Shown here piece after piece: positions 19,860-27,748 of a stretch of 64,000 nt of DNA; position 1 is the first letter of the stretch, and each line of letters begins with the position of its first letter. Source of the DNA: Pedosphaera sp. (GTDB lineage Bacteria; Verrucomicrobiota; Verrucomicrobiia; Limisphaerales; UBA9464); the NCBI GenBank assembly GCA_009695205.1, contig SIBK01000014.1, positions 1,317-65,316 of the forward strand, written 5' to 3'. Under the pieces are notes generated by a model. The model ran no database searches and had not been told where the DNA came from. It saw only the letters and a list, made by a program, of their open reading frames with translations. Position numbers and translations under genes: made by a program.

Positions 19860-20573
19860 TCAGCTCGTCTGACTATCGCGTTCCCGAACGGATAGCAGGA
19901 CAGCTCCCGCAGGCTTAGGCCGGGTGACGCCCCAGCGACGGCTGACATAGACCGTCTGCCTCGAATGCAGGGCTCCGAGAGATCGGTCATGAGAGTGGCT
20001 CAGGAAGACGAGCGATCCCAATGCGCCGAGGGTCGCAATCAACAACTCCCACTCAGTATCCCAGGCCCCCCTATGCCCGCCAATGAAACTCTGAGCCGCA
20101 TTGCCAAGTATCAAGGCGAGGAACATTCCAACGAAATCCAGAAAAACGCTGGACGCAACGCAAACGCAAAGAACGAGAAAACCAAGCCAGCCGCTGCGTC
20201 CTACAAAACTTGTGCGGAGAATCAATTCCCGAAAAAAGATGGCGGGCACGAACCCATGCATAAAGTACACCACCAGAAAGAACATGTTACGCCCAAATCC
20301 CAGCGCCTCCGCAACGCTGTTCCCAAGCGGGACCTTGCCGTGTGAGTAGTAGCCGCCCACCGAAATGATCAGGGAATGCAACCCCAGCAGCTGCAGGCAA
20401 AGGTCTGACAGTGGAAAATGTCGGTAGGTTATGAGCAGCAAAACGAGTCCAAGCCAGACCGGGAAATTCTCCAACTCCCACGTCAGGCGGTCGGTTTCCG
20501 GTGATAGCCCCAACAACACCTGGACCAATATCACCAAGCTGACCAAAATCGGAGTATGCCAGGAATCGCGCAT
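19860..20573 (-). CDS. inner-membrane protein, DUF2238 (E. coli YjdF-like) family
   Basis: TWELENFPVWLGLVLLLITYRHFPLS ... GGYYSHGKVPLG ... GRNMF ... HGFVPAIFFRELILR follows the DUF2238 pattern as I recall it. It has 5-6 TM segments. Confidence 0.5.
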   Translation of the reverse strand: MRDSWHTPILVSLVILVQVLLGLSPETDRLTWELENFPVWLGLVLLLITYRHFPLSDLCLQLLGLHSLIISVGGYYSHGKVPLGNSVAEALGFGRNMFFLVVYFMHGFVPAIFFRELILRTSFVGRSGWLGFLVLCVCVASSVFLDFVGMFLALILGNAAQSFIGGHRGAWDTEWELLIATLGALGSLVFLSHSHDRSLGALHSRQTVYVSRRWGVTRPKPAGAVLLSVRERDSQTS

Positions 20574-21064
20574 CGTGCGGGTGAAGGGGTTCAGGAGATC
20601 AATTGATCGGAACTAATGAGAGACAATCAGAGCTCATGGGCTCCCCCTAGTTCGGTACCGGATCTCCCCAACGGTCTATCTTCACTCGACTCAACGGCTC
20701 CTGATCGGCGCGCCCTAGCCAGACCCAAACCCAGAGCATGATCTGAGGATTGATCGGGGCCGTCCCGGACAGTTTTCCGTTCCTGCGAGTCCATAGGTTG
20801 TTGTTTGATTCGTTTGTTGCTCGTTCTGGGGAGCAAGTGGATAGCCAATGGCTAGGCATACTCACAAGACAATCATTGAAGAATAATTAGGTACAACGAG
20901 TCATGCGTAATAGTCAGTTGAGAAATAAAATAATTCTTACTAGATCTCACGCAGTGTTGATTACCAATTATTTAAGAAACTCCCTGACGGAGCTACCCAG
21001 GCAGGGGCAATTTGCGGCGCACTCCGGTGAGGAGTGGACGAAAGGACAGGTCAATCGTGAATTG

Positions 21065-21814
21065 TCACCCTCGGTGTGTTGGGTCACTCCCTGTCGGCCA
21101 GCTTTCCATAGGTTCGTAGCCGAGGAGTGTCTTGGCCGACCCCAGGTCAAATGGAACGACCCCTAACGGCTTGCTTACTGCGTAAACGATTGCGTGCCGG
21201 AGATCGGAACGTGCCGAAACACAACAGGCGAAGAATCGGCCTGCGTCGCCTGGGCTAAGGTACAGGCCCTGCTGCCATGGACTCGATGCGATTTCGGCGA
21301 CCTGTTCCAGGGTACGCGGGCACCAGCCAAGCCGCGCAATGATCACACTCATTCCATGGATCTCCGAAAACCCGCGACCGATGGATTCCAAGAACATTTT
21401 GGTGGCGGCGTACCAGTAGCGCGGGCTGGGCGGATCCTCAGGTTTGATGGGGGCCGGGCCGCGTAGTTGCTGCCACCAATTCACCTGACCACTGCTGGCG
21501 AGAACAATGCGCCGCACGCCCGCCGCACGGGCGGATTCCATTACGTGGTAGAGCCCGGTGATGTTGGCTGGCAAAAGTTCGACAAGGAAATCTGCGTCGT
21601 CGGGGCACGCGGCGAGGTGGATGAGGCAGTCAACGCCCTTCATCGCGCGATCGAGGGCGGTCCGATCGCCAAGGTCTCCAAGGACCGTATCCGCAAAGTC
21701 GGGCGACGCGACTCGATCAAAGCCGCGCACGCGATGACCTGCGTGCTGGAGGCCGGCGACGGCTGCCCGTCCGAGCCGCCCGGATGAACCTGTAATCAGA
21801 ACGAGCTGAATCAT
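21065..21814 (-). CDS. NAD-dependent epimerase/dehydratase family (SDR) protein
   Basis: The N-terminal Rossmann motif is VLITGSSGRLGRAAV. YxxxK-like YAATK is also present. The ORF is 249 aa. Confidence 0.75.
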   Translation of the reverse strand: MIQLVLITGSSGRLGRAAVAGLQHAGHRVRGFDRVASPDFADTVLGDLGDRTALDRAMKGVDCLIHLAACPDDADFLVELLPANITGLYHVMESARAAGVRRIVLASSGQVNWWQQLRGPAPIKPEDPPSPRYWYAATKMFLESIGRGFSEIHGMSVIIARLGWCPRTLEQVAEIASSPWQQGLYLSPGDAGRFFACCVSARSDLRHAIVYAVSKPLGVVPFDLGSAKTLLGYEPMESWPTGSDPTHRG

Positions 21815-22023
21815 TGAGGGTCCTTGCCCCTAGCCTCCCGTGTCATGGCGTGTCAATGCTCGAATTTACGCCCGGCGTGAAATCTGGTTTTCCTTTGGCT
21901 CTCTTGGCGGAGGGAACCAAATTTGTGATTCTCCCGGTGGACGACCCTTCCGTTCACGAATGAGAATTTCGTCGATCAATCGCAGGGACTTTGACAACCA
22001 GGCGATGCTGTTTAGCCTGCCAC

Positions 22024-23319
22024 ATGCACATTGTCCGCCCCAAGGATCCGAACTACGCCGCGCGGCTCGCAGAGGCTTCCTCAAGCGGCAGTTTGTTTGA
22101 TCCTTTGATCGAACAACGAACGCGGGAAATCGTGGAAGCGGTCCGGGATCGTGGTGACGCTGCCCTGCTGGAATTGACACTCCGATTCGATGGGGCGGAT
22201 CTTGCGGCAGACCAACTGGCGGTGACGGCTTCGGAGTTGATGAATGCGTCGTTGAAAGCCGACGATTCCCTACGTTCGGCGGTCGGGGATGCCCACAAGA
22301 ACATCGCTAGGTTTGCGCAGAAATCCAGGCGCAAGGGCTGGTGGACGACCAATTCTCACGGGGCGGCCGTTGCCGAAAAGTTCGATCCGTATCATCGCGT
22401 GGGCATTTACATTCCAGGTGGCACGGCCCCACTGGTCTCGACCGCCCTGATGACCATCACCCTCGCTCAGGTGGCGGGATGCCGCGAGATCGTCGTCTGT
22501 ACTCCGTGCGGACGGGACGGTGCGATTAATCCAGCTCTTCTTTTCGCTGCGCGAGTGGGGGGCGCCACGGAGATCTACCGGGCCGGGGGGGCGCAGGCCA
22601 TCGCTGCGCTTGCGATTGGGACCTCGACAATTCGCCGGGTTCAAAAGGTATTTGGTCCTGGTAATGCCTATGTGGTGGCCGCCAAGCGGCTGCTATTTGG
22701 TCATGTGTCCGTGGATCTGCTGCCGGGCCCCAGTGAGGTTTGTGTGCTAGCGGATGACTCAGCGGATCCACGATACGCGGCAGCGGACCTCCTGGCACAG
22801 GCCGAGCACGGATCCGGACATGAACGGGTCTGGTTGGTCACGCCATCCGCCCGTATTCTCAAGGCGGTCGAGTCGGAAATTCGAAGGCAGCTCCCGAAGC
22901 TTGCTCGACGGGAGTTTATTCGCGGGGTGCTGGACACGAACGCTTGGCTAATCCAAGTGCCCGACCTCGCCGCCGGAGTCGAGTTGGTGAATCGGCTCGC
23001 GCCAGAGCATTGCGAGCTGATGCTCAGGGATTCTTGCACGGTTGCGGACCTGATCTTGACAGCGGGAGCCCTGTTCCTTGGTAACTATTCTCCGACCGTC
23101 CTCGGAGATTATGTGGCCGGTCCAAGCCACACACTGCCCACGGGTGGCGCGGGCGTCAGTTTTGCGGGACTGACGGTGGACCAGTTCCAGCGCCGGACGA
23201 GTGTTGTCGAGTACGGGAAGCCCGCCCTCCGAAAGGCTCTCAAGACCGTGGCCAAGTTTGCCACCATCGAAGGGCTGGACGCACACGGGCGTTCTGCTGA
23301 AATCCGAGTGCGTGCTTGA
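22024..23319 (+). CDS. hisD: histidinol dehydrogenase
   Basis: IVEAVRDRGDAALLELTLRFDG, YIPGGTAPLVST, AQAEHG and LPTGGAGVSFAGL are present. The start is at MHIVRPKD (ATG 22024). Confidence 0.9.
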   Translation: MHIVRPKDPNYAARLAEASSSGSLFDPLIEQRTREIVEAVRDRGDAALLELTLRFDGADLAADQLAVTASELMNASLKADDSLRSAVGDAHKNIARFAQKSRRKGWWTTNSHGAAVAEKFDPYHRVGIYIPGGTAPLVSTALMTITLAQVAGCREIVVCTPCGRDGAINPALLFAARVGGATEIYRAGGAQAIAALAIGTSTIRRVQKVFGPGNAYVVAAKRLLFGHVSVDLLPGPSEVCVLADDSADPRYAAADLLAQAEHGSGHERVWLVTPSARILKAVESEIRRQLPKLARREFIRGVLDTNAWLIQVPDLAAGVELVNRLAPEHCELMLRDSCTVADLILTAGALFLGNYSPTVLGDYVAGPSHTLPTGGAGVSFAGLTVDQFQRRTSVVEYGKPALRKALKTVAKFATIEGLDAHGRSAEIRVRA

Positions 23320-23338
23320 TAGCTCGGGAAATACAGCG

Positions 23339-24481
23339 ATGAAGAACCCACGTTCGCTAATCCGCCCACTGGTGCGCTCCCTGCATGCGTATGTGCCTGG
23401 AGAACAGCCGAAAATCCCTAACCTGATCAAGCTCAATACGAACGAAAATCCTTATCCCCCGTCGCCCGGCGTGCTGAGGGCAGTCCGGGAAGCCGTCGAC
23501 GAACGGCTGCGACTCTACCCGGACCCAACGGCGGAACAACTGCGGGAAAAGCTTGCCCGAATGCACGGGTGCCGGACGTCGCAGGTGATCATCGGCAATG
23601 GATCGGATGAATTGCTGGCACTCGCCGTCCGGGCATTCGTGGAGCCAGCGCGGCTCCGTCAGACGGCGGCCGCCCGAAGCCGCGCCACCGTGCAGTACCC
23701 ATGGCCGTGTTATTCGCTGTATCCAGTGCTCGCCGAGGCTCACGGGGCGCGGGCACGGGCGGTTCCCCTGAAAGAGAATTATGATCTGCCGCCTGTGTCG
23801 GTGTTGCGTCGGGAAGGCCACTGGGACTTCCGGGCGGCTCTGACATTTGTTACCACACCCAATGCGCCTTCCGGCCGCGGGTATTCCCTATCTCAACTCG
23901 ACGATCTTTGCCGGGCGCAAAAGGGAGTTGTAGTGTTGGATGAGGCGTATGTGGATTTTGCTTCAGCGAACGCCCTCTCATTGACGGAGAAGCATCCGCA
24001 CGTGCTTATCGCTCGAACGTTCAGCAAAGCGTATTCTCTCTGCTTCCAACGGATCGGATATTTTATCGGCCACGAGGCACTGATCTCTGCCCTTCATTCG
24101 ATACGCGACAGCTATAACGTAAATGGTCTCGGGCAGGTGGCGGCTCAAGCCACGCTCAATGAGCTCGCCCATTACCATCGGAATTTTTGCAAGATCATTG
24201 CGACCCGCGAACGATTGTGGAGGGAACTCACCGGCCTTGGATTCGAGGTTTTGCCCAGCCAAACCAATTTCCTGTTGTGCAAGCCGCCCGGTCCGACCGC
24301 CGAGGAGTGGCTGTCCGCTTTGCGAGACCGTCACGTACTGGTTCGTTGGTTTCGGTTGCCTGAACTGGCCCGGTTTCTCCGAATTACTGTCGGGACAGAC
24401 CGTGAGGTCAACGCCCTGTTGAAGGCCGTGCGCGACGTTATTCATGGGACCCGAAATGAGAACTGCCGGTTCGGGAGTTGA
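23339..24481 (+). CDS. hisC: histidinol-phosphate aminotransferase
   Basis: LNTNENPYPPSP, GNGSDELL, VVLDEAYVDF and the PLP lysine context RTFSKAYSL are present. The start is at MKNPRSL (ATG 23339), 20 nt after the hisD stop. Confidence 0.85.
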   Translation: MKNPRSLIRPLVRSLHAYVPGEQPKIPNLIKLNTNENPYPPSPGVLRAVREAVDERLRLYPDPTAEQLREKLARMHGCRTSQVIIGNGSDELLALAVRAFVEPARLRQTAAARSRATVQYPWPCYSLYPVLAEAHGARARAVPLKENYDLPPVSVLRREGHWDFRAALTFVTTPNAPSGRGYSLSQLDDLCRAQKGVVVLDEAYVDFASANALSLTEKHPHVLIARTFSKAYSLCFQRIGYFIGHEALISALHSIRDSYNVNGLGQVAAQATLNELAHYHRNFCKIIATRERLWRELTGLGFEVLPSQTNFLLCKPPGPTAEEWLSALRDRHVLVRWFRLPELARFLRITVGTDREVNALLKAVRDVIHGTRNENCRFGS

Positions 24482-24512
24482 TTGCAGGGACGAGTTCCGG
24501 TTCCCTCTCTGG

Positions 24513-24992
24513 ATGGATGCATTGTTGAATCTATTACGGGAAAACGCAGCCAATACCCCGGCCCAGATGGCCGCTCTCCTTGGCTGCAGCGAAGACGAGG
24601 TTCGAACTCACATTCGCGAGTTGGAATCCTCAGGTCGAATCCTCGGATTTCGAGCTATCATCAACGAATCGCAAGTTGGCAGCGACCGCGTCCGGGCCCT
24701 CATCGAGGTAAAAATCACCCCGGAACGAGGAGGAGGTTTCGACAAATTGGCGGAGCGCATCGCCAAGCATGGCGAGGTGCGCTCGTGTCACCTAATGTCC
24801 GGCGGGTATGATCTGCTGGTGGAGGTCGAGGGTGGCAACCTCCGGGAGGTGGCGGCGTTCGTGTCCGAAAAACTCTCCACGCTGCAGGGCGTGCTCTCGA
24901 CCGCCACCCACTTTGTACTCCGCGCCTACAAAGAGCAGGGGGTTCTGATGAAGGCTGAAACCGTCGAAGAACGTCTCTCGGTCGCTCCGTAG
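24513..24992 (+). CDS. Lrp/AsnC family transcriptional regulator
   Basis: It has an N-terminal HTH (LLRENAANTPAQMAALLGCSEDEVRTHIRELESSGRILGF) and a C-terminal RAM/AsnC domain (HLMSGGYDLLVEVE). The start is at MDALLN (ATG 24513). Confidence 0.8.
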   Translation: MDALLNLLRENAANTPAQMAALLGCSEDEVRTHIRELESSGRILGFRAIINESQVGSDRVRALIEVKITPERGGGFDKLAERIAKHGEVRSCHLMSGGYDLLVEVEGGNLREVAAFVSEKLSTLQGVLSTATHFVLRAYKEQGVLMKAETVEERLSVAP

Positions 24993-25197
24993 TCGACGGT
25001 TTCAGGCTCGTCAATTCTCAAGTGGGAGCGGTGAGATGAACGCCCTCCTTCCGTCCGTCTCTTACCGTATTGATTCGCCGACGGAATGTCGCTTCGACAG
25101 GCACCGGGAGAATCACCGCTGAGGCCTCATGGAAAGCGATCGTCGCGAGCGTGTGGTGCGAAGGCTACCATCCTCACGGCAGCCCGCACGGCGCTGA

Positions 25198-26640
25198 CTA
25201 AGCAAATACCTCATCCACGACGGTCCCGCTTTGGTTGGTCAATCGGACATCGAGACCCTGGATACGATGGCTCAGCTTGAGGTGATCGAAGCCAAAGAGA
25301 TGAAGCAATGTTGCATGAAAATCGTGAACGTGGACGCGATCCTGGATCGCGTGCCAGCCAAACTCATCCGTCTTTCCGATCACCTGGCCTCCCTTCGCCC
25401 CGCCGCCGGCCATCCAGAGGGAAAATCCAAACCGATGATGATCGCGTCCGGCGTCCGGCCCGGGGGCTTTATTTTCCGTAACCGGCGTGCGCCCAAACTC
25501 CGTGCCCCAGACCACGAGTGTGTCATCGAGCAGCCCGCGCTGCTTCAGATCCTGAAGGAGTGCGCCAATCGGCTGATCCACCACACGGCAGTTTTCCTCT
25601 AGGTCGGTCTTTAAACGGCCATGTTGATCCCAGCGCCGGTGAAAGATGCTGACGAACCGCACACCCCGTTCGACCAGTCGCCGCGCCAGCAGGCAATTCC
25701 GCCCAAAACCTCCCGCTTCGCCCGCGCGTTCAATCCCGTACGCCGCTTGGGTGTGGTCGCGTTCCGCGCCGAGGTCGATCAATTCTGGCGCCGCCGCCTG
25801 CATCCGGAACGCGAGTTCATAGGCGGCGACACGGCTGTTGATTTCCGGATCGAGCATCGCCTCATACCGGTGACGGTTGACCGCCTGGATCGCGTCGAGT
25901 TGCGCTCGTTGCATCTCCGTTGTGATACCAGGCGGATTCGAAAGATTGAGCACGGGCTCCCCCTGGTTGTTGAAAAGGACGCCTGCGTGCTTCGTCGACA
26001 GAAATCCGCTCCCCCATGTGCTCGACCGCGACACCGGCCCACGGCCCGTCATGAGCACAACGTAACCAGGGAGATTCGACGACTCACTCCCGAGTCCGTA
26101 GTGCACCCATGCGCCGGTACTGGGGCGGCCTGGCAGCTCGGAACCGGTGCTGAACATGATCTCCGCCGGCGCATGGTCGAACTGATCCGTATACATTGAA
26201 CGAATCAGTGTGATTTCATCGGCACAAGATCCGACGTGTGGCAGCAACTCGGACATTTCCATGCCGCAACGACCGTAGCGACGGTACTTAAACTGGCTGC
26301 CCATGAGCACCGATTGGTCGGGCTTGATGAAGGAAAAGCGCTCATTCTGAAAGAAAGACTCGGGCAGCTTCTGGCCGGTCATTTCAATCAACTTGGGCTT
26401 CGGATCGAACAATTCGATCTGGCTGGTGCCTCCCGCCAGAAAAATAAAAATGCAATTCTTCGCGCGGGGACGAAAGTGAGGCCGCTTCAACTCGAGAGAA
26501 TTTTCAGAATCGGCGGCGGCAAACAGCCGATCCCGCTTGAGTAACGAAGAGAGCGCCAACGCGCCCAGTCCGCTCGAAGCGCTGGTGAGGAATCGGCGGC
26601 GGCTCAGGGCTAGCTCGTTGGGGATGGGAATCATGCGCAA
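25198..26640 (-). CDS. DUF1501 domain protein (sulfatase-fold, Tat signal)
   Basis: The Tat-type signal is SRRRFLTSASSGLGALAL. GRDHH and the general pattern are shared with the second DUF1501 gene at 54024..55493. Confidence 0.85.
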   Translation of the reverse strand: MRMIPIPNELALSRRRFLTSASSGLGALALSSLLKRDRLFAAADSENSLELKRPHFRPRAKNCIFIFLAGGTSQIELFDPKPKLIEMTGQKLPESFFQNERFSFIKPDQSVLMGSQFKYRRYGRCGMEMSELLPHVGSCADEITLIRSMYTDQFDHAPAEIMFSTGSELPGRPSTGAWVHYGLGSESSNLPGYVVLMTGRGPVSRSSTWGSGFLSTKHAGVLFNNQGEPVLNLSNPPGITTEMQRAQLDAIQAVNRHRYEAMLDPEINSRVAAYELAFRMQAAAPELIDLGAERDHTQAAYGIERAGEAGGFGRNCLLARRLVERGVRFVSIFHRRWDQHGRLKTDLEENCRVVDQPIGALLQDLKQRGLLDDTLVVWGTEFGRTPVTENKAPGPDAGRDHHRFGFSLWMAGGGAKGGQVIGKTDEFGWHAIQDRVHVHDFHATLLHLFGFDHLKLSHRIQGLDVRLTNQSGTVVDEVFA

Positions 26641-26657
26641 GGGGAGCCTACTCCCGA

Positions 26658-26948
26658 GTGATGAATTCAGCGAAGTTCAAAACGGCGGACTACTTTGAAA
26701 AGAGCGCAGGCAAGCAAGGACTCGGCGACGCCCACGTCGTCGCGGTAACCACTTGCCGGCATGTGGAAACCGAGCTGACGCGGATCGCCGCCTCGTTCAC
26801 TGTTTCCGGGGACGTTTCCAAGGCGCGGGACTTCGCGCAGATATGGACGCCGGGCTCCCGAGTACCCACGGCGGACGCCGAGAGCCACTTTGTGGCTGTG
26901 AGGACTTTGCCAGGACCGAATTGTCCGCTTACGATTCCGCCAGCATGA
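26658..26948 (+). CDS. hypothetical small protein (cassette gene 1)
   Basis: The 96-aa ORF has third-codon positions clearly G/C-enriched by my manual tally (about 70%). Its TGA stop (26946-26948) overlaps the next ATG (26945-26947) as ATGA. I recognise no family. The start is only 17 nt from the divergent DUF1501 start, which lowers confidence. Confidence 0.4.
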   Translation: MMNSAKFKTADYFEKSAGKQGLGDAHVVAVTTCRHVETELTRIAASFTVSGDVSKARDFAQIWTPGSRVPTADAESHFVAVRTLPGPNCPLTIPPA

Positions 26949-27175
26949 ACCAAGATGAGTCCGATGACGAATGGAAAGCTCAATGCAGGCGGCAGCTCGA
27001 GCGCCCGACCCTGGATCGGATCAAGTACGGATTTGCATGGGTCCACAAGCCGGTGCTCGACGACGGCGCGAGCCGGGCGTTCGACTCCATGGTCGACTAT
27101 CGGCAATGGTGCCATGAAAATTTGCCGTCTTACCTAGGCTACCGTTTGGCATCGACCGACCATGCCTACGAGTAA
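26945..27175 (+). CDS. hypothetical small acidic protein (cassette gene 2)
   Basis: The 76-aa ORF begins MNQDESDDEWKAQ. It has the ATGA overlap with gene 1 and a 14-nt overlap with gene 3. Its sequence is protein-like (RIKYGFAWVHKPVLDDG ... DYRQWCHENLPSYLGY). Confidence 0.5.
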   Translation: MNQDESDDEWKAQCRRQLERPTLDRIKYGFAWVHKPVLDDGASRAFDSMVDYRQWCHENLPSYLGYRLASTDHAYE

Positions 27176-27698
27176 ATTCACTCCGGAACAGGCAGTGGAA
27201 TTGGCTGCTGCCTTTAGCAAACATCAAGTTGACTACCTGTTTCTAGGAAAGAGTGGTGCCATCCTGCTCGGGTATCCGTCGGTCACTCAGGATGTCGATC
27301 TTTTCCTCCCAACGAATCGGGCTAATGCGGAACGGGTGGTCACCGCCGTAACCGAACTCGGCTTTGTTCTCGAACCGGAAATCGTGCGGAAGATCATCGC
27401 ATGTGCTGACTTCGTCCAACTCAAGAATGGTCCCTTTGACCTCGATCTAGTGCATGCACCCGATGGCATCGAAAGTTATGACGCGGCAAAGGCGCGAAGT
27501 GTTCTGCAAGACGGGTTTCCGGTGACCAACATCCGCGATATCATTGCCAGCAAGCGCGCGAGCGGGCGTCAAAAAGATCTGCTCGATCTTCACCTTTTGG
27601 AGCAGTTCCGCGTCGAATACGAACGCAGACAGACACGACCCATCGAAACCGCCTTGGACAAAGCTCTTGAGCGGCCTTTTCCAACGAGCCCCTCCTGA
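27162..27698 (+). CDS. minimal Pol-beta-superfamily nucleotidyltransferase-fold protein (cassette gene 3)
   Basis: The hG[GS]-x(n)-D-x-D pattern is present as LGKSGAILLGYPSVTQDVDLFL, with a third acidic strand FDLDLV. The C-terminal KRASGRQKDLLDLHLL (K..R.KD..D) motif is typical of AbiEii/DUF6036-like NTases. Confidence 0.65.
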   Translation: MPTSKFTPEQAVELAAAFSKHQVDYLFLGKSGAILLGYPSVTQDVDLFLPTNRANAERVVTAVTELGFVLEPEIVRKIIACADFVQLKNGPFDLDLVHAPDGIESYDAAKARSVLQDGFPVTNIRDIIASKRASGRQKDLLDLHLLEQFRVEYERRQTRPIETALDKALERPFPTSPS

Positions 27699-27748
27699 GT
27701 TCAGCTGTCACTGCGGAGAACCCCAGGTTTGAGAAGGGCCGCTTCGGA

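Noticed and set aside
20574-21064. The idea that the long leader of the YjdF-like gene contains the known yjdF riboswitch motif.
   Set aside because: The yjdF RNA motif is associated with the unrelated Bacillus yjdF gene, not with the E. coli-type DUF2238 membrane protein encoded here. I could not see its conserved features by eye. An Rfam scan is still worth running.
20903-21166. An 87-aa ORF starting in the AT-rich island (MRNSQLRNKIILTRSHAVL...).
   Set aside because: Its 3' third overlaps the well-supported SDR gene on the other strand. Its composition switches abruptly and it has no motifs. It is probably not coding.
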